Source of the DNA: Macrostomum lignano
Taxonomy: Eukaryota
DNA: 64,000 nucleotides
Assembly (NCBI GenBank): GCA_002269645.1
Contig: NIVC01001499.1
Coordinates: 62,001 to 126,000 of the forward strand
Direction: 5' to 3'
The translations under genes and the position numbers were made by a program. Position 1 is the stretch's first letter. Each line of letters starts with the position of its first letter. The notes under the pieces were generated by a model. The model was not told the DNA's origin and did not search any database. It was given only the letters and a program-made list of their open reading frames with translations. Positions 23,315-64,000 of the stretch are shown in pieces.

Positions 23315-24316
23315 ATGTCAAACTCTTTGAGTTTAGTGATTTGTCTTATTACAATAATCAACTTGTTAAGCAATGCGACACAGATGGTTGGATGCGACTT
23401 GGCGGTGAATTGGCGAAAAATCGGAGAGTATCTTTCTGAGTACAGGCTGATGAAGCAGGCTGCTGAGATAGGGCACCTGGCCCAGTGCCTGCTATCCGCT
23501 GACAATACCAGCGAGGCGGTCTGGTACTCGAGTCACAACCGAACCTGTCATGAGTTTGTGTGCAACAGGGGGCCAAACGGTTGTAGAAAGTGCAGGAATG
23601 CTATTCGTGCAGATGCTACAGTGACTCAAGTCTGGGTGAGTACACGTGTCTGCAACACGGATTTTCTTCTGTTTTCTCTGGTCTTCTATTACGTTCCAAA
23701 ATGCTTTCAGATTCGGGCACAACCATCGGGCCAATTCAACTGCTGGAAGACATTCCAGCATCGTGTCAGCAGCAACCTGAGCTTCGATAAGAACTGGACC
23801 GACTACTCCACCGGATTTGGCTTAGAAGAGGCCGACAATTTCTGGCTGGGCCTCGACCAGATTCACCAGCTCACCAAACACAGAGGTCGCCGGGTCCGTT
23901 GGGAGCTGAGCGATTGGGACAAAAAATGGTACTGGACGGAGAACTTCAACTTCACCGTGTCCGGGCCAGAGGACAAGTACCGGGCTGCCATTGGCGAGTT
24001 TGACTCGGCCGCTTCAAGCATTGGACAGGCCATGACGACTAGCGAATTTGGCATCCAGGGTAACCAGTTTTCAACTCCGGACTCCGATAACGATTTGAGT
24101 CCGGATAATTGCGCTTTAGAGCGCCGCGGGGGCTGGTGGTTCGGTTATTGTACTTACTTCAATCCGAACGGCATCTACTTCGACTACCCAACAGCCTTGA
24201 GCGTGCACTACACCCAGATGCCAATGATGTACCACTGCGACGGGTGTCCCAGTCCTCTGGGCCAGAGCTACTCGCTGAGAACGGTAGAGTGCATGATTGA
24301 GCACTGGATGCCATGA
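23315..24316 (+). CDS. Secreted fibrinogen-related domain (FReD) protein. Probably two exons, 23315-23635 and 23711-24316 (~308 aa)
   Basis: Signal peptide and a Cys-containing N-terminal region. Fibrinogen C-terminal motifs: WKTFQHR, FDKNWTDYSTGFG, FWLGLDQIHQLT, FSTPDSDND, C..RRGGWWF..C..NPNG. Strong splice signals bound a 75-nt in-frame intron. Confidence 0.9.
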   Translation: MSNSLSLVICLITIINLLSNATQMVGCDLAVNWRKIGEYLSEYRLMKQAAEIGHLAQCLLSADNTSEAVWYSSHNRTCHEFVCNRGPNGCRKCRNAIRADATVTQVWVSTRVCNTDFLLFSLVFYYVPKCFQIRAQPSGQFNCWKTFQHRVSSNLSFDKNWTDYSTGFGLEEADNFWLGLDQIHQLTKHRGRRVRWELSDWDKKWYWTENFNFTVSGPEDKYRAAIGEFDSAASSIGQAMTTSEFGIQGNQFSTPDSDNDLSPDNCALERRGGWWFGYCTYFNPNGIYFDYPTALSVHYTQMPMMYHCDGCPSPLGQSYSLRTVECMIEHWMP

Positions 24317-25890
24317 TACAGGATCTAGAATCGTCTTTAAAAACAAGCTCGTTAAAAGCGCGCGCATAAGGTTAAATGCTGTTTACGTCGTATAGTTGAT
24401 AAAAAGCTTGTAGGATTCTTGAGGGGCTGCGTGTGGCGAGGAGCGGAGCACGAGTTTAGAAGTACTTTGAGCAGTTTCACGTTGGTTTTGTGCGTCAGTT
24501 TGAAACTTTTTTGCGCATCTGGACTGGGCTGAAAGCGACTTTTCTCTATGCTCTATTGTACACATATTTTTGTTTAAATATCATTAGATTTGTTTACTAG
24601 CGACTTTAAGTAAGCCCCTGAAGCTGTAAATTTGACGAAACGCGTTGACCAATGACGTTTTAATGTTTGTTTTGAAATTTTTAATCACTGTATTTATAAA
24701 AGCAACTCTACCCCAACAATGAATAATTTTTTTATCTAGAAATTAAAAACATTTATCGGCGTACACTGAGATTTGTGCAAAGTTTTGTGAATTCCTAGAA
24801 ACATTTATGATATATCCACGTGTTCACATGCGTCGGAACGTTTAAAAAACGTTTTAAACGTTTTTAAAGCAGGTACCATTGATGCCCCCTTTTAAAAGTG
24901 GGGGGGGGGCATGCCCCCCCTGCCTCCCCCTCTCCCCTGTTCTGTCGCATATGACCATTACTCATTTGTTATAATCAATTAATTGCTGATACGACGGGTT
25001 CTCGGATCCCTGATATATTTTGCCCAATAACAGTTCGGCTTATGATTATTTAATTTGGATAAGAACATGCAACATTGATTGTAGTAGTAGGTTTTAGCAG
25101 CAATTAAAAGAACATTTTTAAAATATATTTTTAAATGATAAAATAGTTAGGAAAGTAAAATAATTTAAACAATTAAGCCTAATTAACTAATATGTTTCAA
25201 CGACACTAAAACTACCAGATAAAAATTTGTGCAGAAAAAGTATTTTCGAACTCGATTCAAAATTTATGAAACAGATTTGTAAAACAAGACGGTCTCTGAT
25301 GAGATTGTCGCTTGTGGCGTAATCAGCCCGGAGGGTTGTGGTGCGGCCTGGGGCTTCCATGACTGGTTGATCTTGTGTTGTCTGGTCGGGTTGCCCGTGT
25401 TTTAGGAAGAGTTCCATGCTCTGTGCTGCTTCGAGCTGCAAGGGTAGTGGTTGAACAGCTACTGTGGACAAAAATGATAAGTAGCCAAAAAGATTTTTAA
25501 ATTAAAATACAGATTTTTAACATACAAATGTTGACGTGATGGATACTTTTAAACGCATGCACGTTTTGTACCGGTTGTTCATAAAAATTTTACAAATCTA
25601 ATGCAAAAAAATAAATTTACATTTTCGTGCTCAGTAAAACAAGAACACTAACTACTTCAAAAAGATATCGCTTAAGAACTTTGGCTAATATGGTTTAGAA
25701 ATAGAAAAAAATTATTTATTTTACTAAAATTTTTTTATTACTTTTGTTTTGTTTACAATTTTAATGTTTAGTTTAGGATAAAATACTATTTTTTCTTTCT
25801 ATCCCCCAATAGTATCATTTTGTAACTGTTATCGAAGTGACAGACTCTATTTATAGACTGCTTTCGTTACTTTCTATTCTTATTGATGCA

Positions 25891-28379
25891 ATGTTTCGTA
25901 ATTGCTTTTTGAAGGGCCTGATTGTGCTTCTTTGCACGCTTGCTGTTGCTTATGGACAAAATTCTTCTGGTAAGCTCTTGAAGCTGCAAGACTTAGAGTA
26001 GGCCTACTAAAGCATAGCTGAACAAAAAATGCACGATACTATCTTTGATAATTACATTTTGAATTTTTCCTATGCTTTTCATAAGAACAAATATTTTGTT
26101 AAATTCGTTCATTTACATTATTTCCTGTTTCAATAACTAACTTATTCAGTTATTGTCTTTCTTAATTTTCTGAATGTTTTGATACAATGTCGTTGTGGTC
26201 TATGCACTAGGTTTGTCATTATTAATTTTATTGAATTTTAATTAATTTACTGAACCCATTTTTTTACATTTTAGAATGCCACACACTTAGTGGCACAGCA
26301 AAAAATGAGAACTGCAACAATTGTATTCGCAACACAGCTGTAAGTTCCTTTTCAAAATTTTACTCAAGTATTCCATAGTTAAATAGAATTAGAAATATTA
26401 TTTAAGCAATTCCAGAATTTAACTAAAGTTTAAATTAACTTTTAGCTTTTTTATATTTTGTAGTATTGGATATAGTTATTGTAGTATAAGTATAGCAATT
26501 GATTGACAGTGCTATCTAATTTTAATTGAGTTTAATGATAGATTTAGTTATTCTAAATTAATACATAAACACTATTAACTTTTATATTCACTTTATATTT
26601 GCAGTGCATGTACTGTTTCACTGATCACAAGTGCAAGCCTTACCCAGTTGGCCATTTGATTCCTGGTCCAAGTGATTGCCCACTTGCTGATGCACGTTGG
26701 GGCACCTGCTTTGTTAACTTCTTGGCCTTGATCATCTGCATGAGCATTCTGGCTTTTGTGATCCTTGTGATTGTACCCTGCTGTATCTATTGCTGCTGTT
26801 GCAGGAAAAAATCTGGACCAAGTCGCAGGTGAGCTATGAGTAAACCAATTTTGTTAAAATGAATTAAGTTTTTAGAGGATCTTGAAGTGTTTATGAAAGG
26901 TTATTTGAGTAATATTTAAATCTGAAGTGAGATTAAAATATGGGATCTGAGAGTAAGATTGGGGATTGAGAGTGAAATTAGGGATCTGAGGTGATTAGGG
27001 ATCTGAAGTGGAGATTGGGCATCTGAGGGGAGATTGGAGATCTGAGAGGGATATTGGGGATCTGAGAGGGAGATTGGAGATCTGAGAGGGAGATTGGATA
27101 TCTGAGAGGGATATTGGGGATCTGAGAGGGAGATTGGAGATCTGAGGGGGGAGATTGGAGATTTGAGAGGGAGATTGGGGATCTGAGTGGGAGATTGGAG
27201 ATTTGAGAGGGATATTGGGGATCTGAGAGTAATATTGGGGATCTGAGAGTGATATTGGGACTCTCCGAAGCTGAGATTGAGATTTAGTATTTGAAATTGA
27301 GATTGTTACGAGTAAAATTAAAATGGGTTTCTGCATACTCTTATAATACTGTAGGCCTATTATTACCAGACGTTTTAACAATTTTTTTTCCAGAGCTTTG
27401 GCCGAAAGTGCCAAGTACGAACAGGAACGAACTGAGCGTGAAGCCAGACACGCTGAGCGGTAAATTTCCTTGCTATATATATTCCATTTTATACTACTTA
27501 TGCCAGTAAAAAGTAACATTTTTTATTTCTAAAAAGTTTACTTCCTAACAAAACATTTTTAGTCGAAACGATCGCGAGAAGAAATACGACGAAATTCGGG
27601 CTAAATATGGTGCGTTAAAATTTTATTAAAAAAATAGTATTGATTCTACTCAATTTATCTAATATAGTGCCCTTTGGTTGTATATTTTTATAAGGTCGAT
27701 TTGATGAACTTTTTATTACTTAAAAACTCTATTTATGCATATAATCTTTAGAGCCCCGGTCTAATTCAACCTCTTCCCCACGAATGTACACTCAGCCCCA
27801 GTCTAGCTCAACCCCTTCCTCTAGAGTGTACACTTAGCTCAAATCTAATTCAACTCCTTCCCCAAGAATGCACACTCAGCCCCAGTCTAATCCAACCCCT
27901 TCCTCTAGAGTGTACACTCAGCCCCAGTCTAATTCAACCCCTTCCCCTAGAGTGTACACTCAGCCCCAGTCTACTTTAACCCCTTCCCCTAGAGTGTACA
28001 CTCAGCCCCAGTCTAATTCAACCCCTTCCCCACGAATGTACACTCAGCCCCAGTCTAATCCAACCCCTTCCCATAGAGTGTGCACTCAGCCTAGGTCTAA
28101 TTCAACCCCTTCCCCTAGAGTGTACACTCAGCCCCAGTCTAATTCAACCCCTTCCCCTAGAGTGTACACTCAGCCCCAGTCTAATTCAACCCCTTCCCCT
28201 AGAGTGTACACTCAGCCCCAGTCTAATTCAACCCCTTCCCCACGAATGTACACTCAGCTCCAGTGCAAGAAATGATTTTTTAGCACTATCAAATCAAACG
28301 CGCAGGACTCCGAACCAGAGGCCAAGCTGCCTCACACGATGACTCTAACCCTCTATTGTTTGACGACCAGCTTGCTTAA
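25891..28379 (+). CDS. PTTG1IP: PTTG1-interacting protein-like, 184 aa. Exons: 25891-25969, 26275-26339, 26605-26828, 27394-27459, 27563-27609, 28306-28379
   Basis: Signal peptide, PSI-like Cys domain (NCNNCIRNTACMYCFTDHKC..C....ARWGTC.VN), TM helix, poly-Cys, and YDEIRAKYGL. All phases match and the exon sum is 555 nt. Confidence 0.9.
26940..27260. repeat. 20-bp intronic repeat (GAGATTGGGGATCTGAGAGG)
   Basis: Tandem units visible. Confidence 0.85.
27750..28262. repeat. 42-bp intronic minisatellite (CCCCAGTCTAATTCAACCCCTTCCCCTAGAGTGTACACTCAG)n
   Basis: About 12 units. ORF 27868..28275 is a repeat translation. Confidence 0.92.
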
Positions 28380-28635
28380 GTATTGTAATTTAAAGTTAAT
28401 ATATATAAGGCATATTATCCTAAAAGTTTCGTTAATGTCTTTTCTTTTGTAATTATTAGTTTAATCCCTCGTCTGCAAATCTCAATGGCTAGATATCCAT
28501 ATATTTTAAGCATGACTAAAAAATAACGTTTAGAATATATGCAAAATATGTGCTAAGTTGTTATGTTTATTTGTTTGTTACCGTTTATTATTTATTATTG
28601 AACTCTTGTTCTACTGTCAGCTGTTCGATAAAGGC

Positions 28636-30381
28636 AGTGTCACCTGTAAGACAGGGAATAGTGTCACACCTGTTATACAGGGGATAGTGTCACACCTGTT
28701 ATACAGGGGATAGTGTCACACCTGTTAGACAGGGAATAGTGTCACACCTGTTAGACAGGGGATAGTGTCACACCTGTTAGACAGTGTCACACCTGTTAGA
28801 CAGGGGATAGTGTCACACCTGTTAGACAGGGGATAGTGTCACACCTGTTAGACAGGGGATAGTGTCACACCTGTTAGACAGGGGATAGTGTCACACCTGT
28901 TAGACAGGGGATAGTGTCACACCTGTTAGACAAAGGATAGTGTCACACCTGTTAGACAAAGGATAGTGTCACACCTGTTAGACAAAGGATAGTGTCACAC
29001 CTGTTAGACAAAGGATAATGTCACACCCTGTTAGGGGATCGTGCCATCAGTTAGACAATGGATAGTGTCACCTATTAGACAGGGGATAGTGTCACACCTG
29101 TTAGACAGGGGATAGTGTCACACCTGTTAGACAGGGGATAGTGTCACACCTGTTAGACAAAGGATAGTGTCACGCCTGTTAGACAAAGGATAGTGTCACA
29201 CCTGTTAGACAAAGGATAGTGTCACACCTGTTATGGGATAGTGCCACCTGTTAGACAATGGATAGTGCCACCTGTTAGACAATGGATAGTGTCACACCTG
29301 TTAGACAGGGGATAGTGTCACACCTGTTAGACAAAGGATAGTGTCACACCTGTTAGACAAAGGATAGTGCCACACCTGTTAGACAAAGGATAGTGTCACA
29401 CCTGTTAGACAAAGGATAGTGTCACACCTGTTAGACAAAGGATAGTGCCACACCTGTTAGACAAAGGATAGTGTCACACCTGTTAGGGGATAGTGCCACC
29501 TGTTAGACAATGGATAGTGCCACCTGTTAGACAATGGATAGTGTCACACCTGTTAGACAGGGGATAGTGTCACACCTGTTAGACAAAGGATAGTGTCACG
29601 CCTGTTAGACAATGGATAGTGCCACCTGTTAGACAATGGATAGTGCCACCTGTTAGACAATGGATAGTGTCACACCTGTTAGACAGGGGATAGTGTCACA
29701 CCTGTTAGACAAAGGATAGTGTCACACCTGTTAGGGGATAGTGTCACCTGTTAGACAAAGGATAGTGTCACACCTGTTAGGGGATAGTGTCACGCCTGTT
29801 AGACAATGGATAGTGCCACCTGTTAGACAATGGATAGTGCCACCTGTTAGACAATGGATAGTGTCACACCTGTTAGACAGGGGATAGTGTCACACCTGTT
29901 AGACAAAGGATAGTGTCACACCTGTTAGGGGATAGTGCCACCTGTTAGACAATGGATAGTGCCACCTGTTAGACAATGGATAGTGTCACACCTGTTAGAC
30001 AGGGGATAGTGTCACACCTGTTAGACAAAGGATAGTGTCACACCTGTTAGGGGATAGTGTCACCTGTTAGACAAAGGATAGTGTCACACCTGTTAGGGGA
30101 TAGTGTCACGCCTGTTAGACAATGGATAGTGCCACCTGTTAGACAATGGATAGTGCCACCTGTTAGACAAAGGATAGTGTCACACCTGTTAGGGGATAGT
30201 GTCACCTGTTAGACAAAGGATAGTGTCACACCTGTTAGGGGATAGTGCCACCTGTTAGACAATGGATAGTGTCACCTGTTAGACAGGGGATAGTGTCACA
30301 CCTGTTAGACAAAGGATAGTGCCACCTGTTAGACAATGGATAGTGCCACCTGTTGGACAATGGATAGTGTCACCTGTTAGA
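28636..30381 (+). repeat. 24-26 bp minisatellite array (CACCTGTTAGACAGGGGATAGTGTCA)n
   Basis: About 65-70 units with AAAGG/AATGG variants. Confidence 0.95.
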
Positions 30382-30984
30382 ACGTGTTAACTTTTTGCGT
30401 ATTTCAGTTTAAAAATGTATCATGTGTATTTCGTGTTGTAAAACTCTTTAGATTTAATTACAGTGATGGACACAAAGAATTTTTTTACCAAAAAATCTTT
30501 TATCTTATTTTTAAGGCCTGGCTACCCATGGTTCGAGGCCCGAGTCTGGCTATCGCGAGTTCGACAATGCCTAAAATCAAATTTCTGAGGCGATTTTGTG
30601 AACTTTTTTTTGTTCAAGAAGAATCGAGACATTGCCTGGAATATGGGCCGATTCGATGACATTATTTTTTGTGACTTCATCAATCTTTATTGGGAAGCTT
30701 TGAATAATAAAATCATTTTACGTAAAATTTTCTGAGAAGGTTGAATTTAATTTTTTTCTTTTATTCCGTTTTTTAAAGAAAAAACACTCCAATTGCGTCA
30801 TTTCAGTTTAGATAAAAAGTTCTGCGATAACATTTTAAGTTCTAATTTTTTTCGTAAATATACCTAAATGACTCTGCGGCCCAGAAATTTCGTTTTTTTG
30901 CTATCTAACCTCTAATTAATTTTATCTGTGAATTTGTTTGCCTTGTAATAAAATTATTATTGACAGGTTGTATTGACTTTAGCA

Positions 30985-32290
30985 TCACTGACACCTAATT
31001 TGGGTCATTCCTGACACCTAATTTGTGGTATTCCTGACACCTAATTTGTGGTATTCCTGACACCTAATTTGTGGTATTCCTGACACCTAATTTGTGGTAT
31101 TCCTGACACCTAATTTGTGGTATTCCTGACACTTAATTTGGGACATTCCTGACACCTAATTTGTGGTATTCCTGTCCCTGACACCCAATTTGTGGTATTC
31201 CTGTCCCTGACACCCAATTTGTGGTATTCCTGTCCCTGACACCCAATTTGTGGTATTCCTGTCCCTGACACCCAATTTGTGGTATTCCTGACACCTAATT
31301 TCTGGCATTCCTGACACTTAATTTGGGACATTCCTGACACTTAATTTGTGGTATTCCTGACACCTAATTTCTAGCATTCCTGACACTTAATTTGGGACAT
31401 TCCTGACACTTAATTTGTGGTATTCCTGACACCTAATTTGTGGTATTCCTGACACCTAATTTATGGTATTCCTGACACCTAATTTGGGACATTCCTGACA
31501 CCCAATTTGTGGTATTCCTGACACCTAATTTGTGGTATTCCTGACACCTAATTTGTGGCATTCCTGACACTTAATTTAGGACATTCCTGACACCTAATTC
31601 GGGTCATTCCTGACACCTAATTCGGGTCATTCCTGACACCTAATTCAGGTCATTCCTGACACCTAATTTGTGGCATTCCTGACACTTAATTTGGGACATT
31701 CCTGACACTTAATTTGGGACATTCCTGACACTTAATTTGGGACATTCCTGACACTTAATTTGGGACATTCCTGACACTTAATTTGGGACATTCCTGACAC
31801 TTAATTTGGGACATTCCTGAAACTTAATTTGGGACATTTCTGACACCCAATTTGTGGCATTCCTGACACCTAATTTGGGACATTCCTGACACTTAATTTG
31901 GGACATTCCTGACACTTAATTTGGGACATTCCTGACACTTAGTTTGGGACATTTCTGACACCTAATTTCTGGCATTCCTGACACCTAATTTGTGGTATTA
32001 CTGACACCCAATTATGATATTCCTGACACCTAATATGTGGTATTCCTGACACCTAATTTGTGGTATTCCTGACACCCAATTTGTGGCATTCCTGACACCT
32101 AATTTGTGGTATTACTGACACCCAATTATGATATTCCTGACACCTAATATGTGGTATTCCTGACACCTAATATGTGGTATTCCTGACACCTAATTTGTGG
32201 TATTCCTGACACCCAATTTGTGGCATTCCTGACACCCAATTTGTGGCATTCCTGACACCCAATTTGTGGCATTCCTGACACCTAATGTGT
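30985..32290. repeat. 23-bp minisatellite (CCTGACACCTAATTTGTGGTATT)n
   Basis: About 55 units. Confidence 0.95.
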
Positions 32291-32638
32291 GATATATGAC
32301 ACCAATAACGTTATGACATATATGACAACAAACCTTTTGAACGTTTCGTATACTACTCTCAATTATGCTATTATTTAATAATTGATAAATATCTGACATC
32401 TATGGTGATCATCGCCATGTTGTTAATTTGGAATCTTGTCTGTTTAATTGAACAGCAAATTTTTTATTGTTTTCGTATCCGCTTTAAGAACGGAATCAGT
32501 TTTTGGTGTAAATATATTTAGTTACATAAATATTGAAAATATTGTTCATTATATTTTTATCGTCATAAATATTTTAATTCTCTTCAGGTTTAAAAGCTTC
32601 AACTTCTAATTTTATTTAAAACAGAGAAAACTACTTTC

Positions 32639-33645
32639 TGACAGGTGATACTATCCCCTGTCTAGCCGGTGACACTATCCCTGTCCAACAGGTGACACTA
32701 TCCCTGTCTAACCGATGACACTATCCCTGTCCAACAGGTGACGCTATCCCTGTCTAACCGGTGACACTATCCCTGTCTAACCGGTGACACTATCCTCTGT
32801 CTAACCGGTGACACTATCCTCTGTCTAACCGGTGACACTATCCCTGTCTAACCGGTGACACTATCCCTGTCCAACAGGTGACACTATCCCTGTCTAACCG
32901 ATGACACTATCCCTGTCCAACAGGTGACGCTATCCCTGTCTAACCGGTGACACTATCCTCTGTCTAACCGGTGACACTATCCTCTGTCTAACCGGTGACA
33001 CTATCCTCTGTCTAACCGGTGACACTATCCCTGTCTAACAGGTGACACTATCCCTGTCTAACCGGTGACACTATCCTCTGTCCAACAGGTGACACTATCT
33101 TCTGTCTAACCGGTGACACTATCCCTGTCTAACAGGTGACACTATCTCCTGTCTAACAGGTGTGACACTATCTCCTGTCTAACAGGTGTGACACTATCCC
33201 CTGTCTAACAGGTGTGACACTATCCCCTGTATAACAGGTGTGACACTATCCCCTTGTCTAACCGGTGACACTATCCCTGTCTAACAGGTGACACTATCTC
33301 CTGTCTAACAGGTGTGACACTATCTCCTGTCTAACAGGTGTGACACTATCCCCTGTCTAACAGGTGTGACACTATCCCCTGTATAACAGGTGTGACACTA
33401 TCCCTGTCTAACAGGTGACACTATCTCCTGTCTAACAGGTGTGACACTATCTCCTGTCTAACAGGTGTGACACTATCCCCTGTCTAACAGGTGTGACACT
33501 ATCCCCTGTATAACAGGTGTGACACTATCCCCTTGTCTAACAGGTGTGACACTATCCCCTGTCTAACAGGTGTGACACTATCCCCTTGTCTAACAGGTGT
33601 GACACAATCCCCTGTCTAACAGGTGTGACACTATCCCTGTTTAAT
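32639..33645 (-). repeat. Reverse-complement array of the 28636-30381 minisatellite (TGACACTATCCCCTGTCTAACAGGTG)n
   Basis: The unit is the exact reverse complement of the left array unit. Confidence 0.93.
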
Positions 33646-33734
33646 AGGGACTTGTGAGGTTTTTACAATTTGTACATGTTAGGCTATAAGTTAGTTGACT
33701 GTATAGTGTATGCCCTACATGCAGTCACTCCCAG

Positions 33735-33800
33735 CCAATAGAATTCTTAAAAATGTTTCATTGGCCAGGCCAGCCTATTACAGCTACATGCAAGTATAAA
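33735..33800 (+). promoter_or_regulatory. Candidate core promoter of the channel gene: CCAAT (33735), inverted CCAAT (33760) and TATAAA (33795)
   Basis: Motifs are suitably spaced ~110-180 bp upstream of ATG 33913. Motif match only. Confidence 0.45.
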
Positions 33801-33912
33801 TGCTATCCCTTGGCTACAAAGTGAGTTGTTCTGCAGAATAAAAGCACAGAATCAGTTATCGTATCTCTCTCTCTCTCATTGTTTAGTGTAACTTTTCTAT
33901 CATAAAACATCA

Positions 33913-62187
<28,275 letters not shown>

Positions 62188-62195
<8 letters not shown>

Positions 62196-62878
62196 CTGAC
62201 TGACATGAGTGAGTGGGTGGCTGACTGACTGACTGACTGACTGACTGACTGACTGACTGACTGACTGACTGACTGACTGACTGACTGACTGACTGACTGA
62301 CTGACTGACTGACTGACTGACTGACTGACTGACTGACTGACTGACTGACTGACTGACTGACTGACTGACTGACTGACTGACTGACTGACTGACTGACTGA
62401 CTGACTGACTGACTGACTGACTGACTGACTGACTGACTGACTGACTGACTGACTGACTGACTGACTGACTGACTGACTGACTGACTGACTGACTGACTGA
62501 CTGACTGACTGACTGACTGACTGACTGACTGACTGACTGACTGACTGACTGACTGACTGACTGACTGACTGACTGACTGACTGACTGACTGACTGACTGA
62601 CTGACTGACTGACTGACTGACTGACTGACTGACTGACTGACTGACTGACTGACTGACTGACTGACTGACTGACTGACTGACTGACTGACTGACTGACTGA
62701 CTGACTGACTGACTGACTGACTGACTGACTGACTGACTGACTGACTGACTGACTGACTGACTGACTGACTGACTGCCTGACTGACTGACTGACTGACTGA
62801 CTGACTGACTGACTGACTGACTGACTGACTGACTGACTGACTGACTGACTGACTGACTGACTGACTGACTGACTGACT
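62188..62878. repeat. (GACT)n microsatellite, ~165 units
   Basis: Direct observation. The SQSV ORFs are spurious. Confidence 0.97.
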
Positions 62879-63600
62879 CATTGTCATCACAATATAACGA
62901 TAGCACAACTTATTTTGTTGATTTTTAAAAATTATAAACTTAACTCAATCAACTCGATGTAAGCATATATATATATATATACTTTGTCCTTGTCCAAATG
63001 CATCCCGTAATTTTTCATATTTCACCCTGAGACCTACACATAATTTTGACGTTACTTGAAGCGAAAATCTTGCAGAACTTCTTCTAATGTGCAAAGAAAC
63101 AGCTAGCTTTCAAATTTTCTGATCTGTTTATACTGACAGCTACAGAAAATGCTTTTAATAATTAACATGTATACCTTTATGAATAGCTTAGAAATAGCTT
63201 AGAAATTAGAAATAAGCTATTTTACATGTAATAATTACTTGCGTACAAGTGGCTAAATGGATATTGTTGAAATTAGATTTTTATAAGCTCGACTTAGTAT
63301 GCAATTTATGCGTGTGTGTTTACTTAAGCAAGAAATACATGTACAAGTATAATTGACTAATTTTGCGTGTGTACATGTGTACATTCTAATTTTCTGACCG
63401 TTTTAGCTGACTGAAACAATAACCACACCCACACACACAAGCTTTAGAATGACACCATTGAAGCTGAAAAAGAAACAGTATTTCCTGAGATATTCGACTC
63501 TAAAGTGTGCTTTGCTTTTGAGTCAATAACGCTTGACGTTTTATGTCGAAATATACGCCAAGAAATTGTGACACCATTTTTTGCTTACGAAACATAAAAC

Positions 63601-63912
63601 TTAACTCGCTCTTTTACGCACGTCCCAGCTTTAAAATGACACCTCAGGCGTCGCCAAAGACGCCACCGTTCGTGAGATATTCGACTCGAAACATTGCTCG
63701 GCGTGTACAGACATTCACCTTATAAATCAAATGTATTCCCAATCTTTGTGCACGTGCTCCACCTGTGTTTTTCAGTCAATTCCGATGAAATTTAACTCGC
63801 TCTTTTACGCATGTCCCAGCTTTAAAATGACACCTCAGGCGTCGCCAAAGACGCCACCGTTCGTGAGATATTCGACTCGAAACATTGCTCGGCGTGTACA
63901 GACATTCACCTT
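63601..63912 (+). repeat. ~120-bp near-exact direct repeat with a 191-bp period (63601-63720 and 63792-63911)
   Basis: TTAACTCGCTCTTTTACGCA...GACATTCACCTT is present twice. Partial units lie at ~63488 and ~63955. Confidence 0.85.
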
Positions 63913-64000
63913 GAGAAGTCAATTGCAGTCAATCTTGGCGAAACTTTAATGAAGATATTTGACTCGAAACATTGCTCGTCGTTTAGTTCGAGCCGTTATA

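Noticed and set aside
24825-24955. Possible ~130-bp MITE (CATGCGTCGGAAC / GTTCTGTCGCATATG)
   Set aside because: The TIRs are imperfect and no TSD was identified.
25187-25471. Possible gypsy gag remnant (DNLIRDRLVL)
   Set aside because: It is a single short motif with no other domains or LTRs nearby, too weak to call.

Overview
Eukaryotic (metazoan) genomic DNA with GC-rich exons, AT-rich introns packed with minisatellites, and TTAGGG repeats. It resembles a free-living flatworm assembly such as Macrostomum, but that is inference only. Four host genes lie on the + strand: (1) a 14-exon SLC4 Na+-coupled bicarbonate transporter (3537-21990), (2) a secreted fibrinogen-domain protein (23315-24316), (3) a 6-exon PTTG1IP-like protein (25891-28379), and (4) a GlyR/GluCl-type Cys-loop chloride channel subunit (33913-62195). 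The last SLC4 intron holds a young Ty3/gypsy LTR retrotransposon (identical 205-bp LTRs, CTAAC TSD) and an apparently intact piggyBac element. The main finding lies in the 15.3-kb fourth intron of the channel gene: a 14.5-kb CACTA/EnSpm-type DNA transposon (47080-61594; 14-bp TIR CCCGATTGAAAATC, TAA TSD, inverted subterminal TCGGCACT arrays). It carries three spliced, co-oriented genes: a ~1040-aa CMC transposase, a ~568-aa F-box/LRR protein and a ~671-aa coiled-coil/BEN-like protein. Most long ORFs in the track that overlap tandem repeats are spurious. All gene models were built by hand from splice signals, phase continuity and protein motifs, and no database searches were run.
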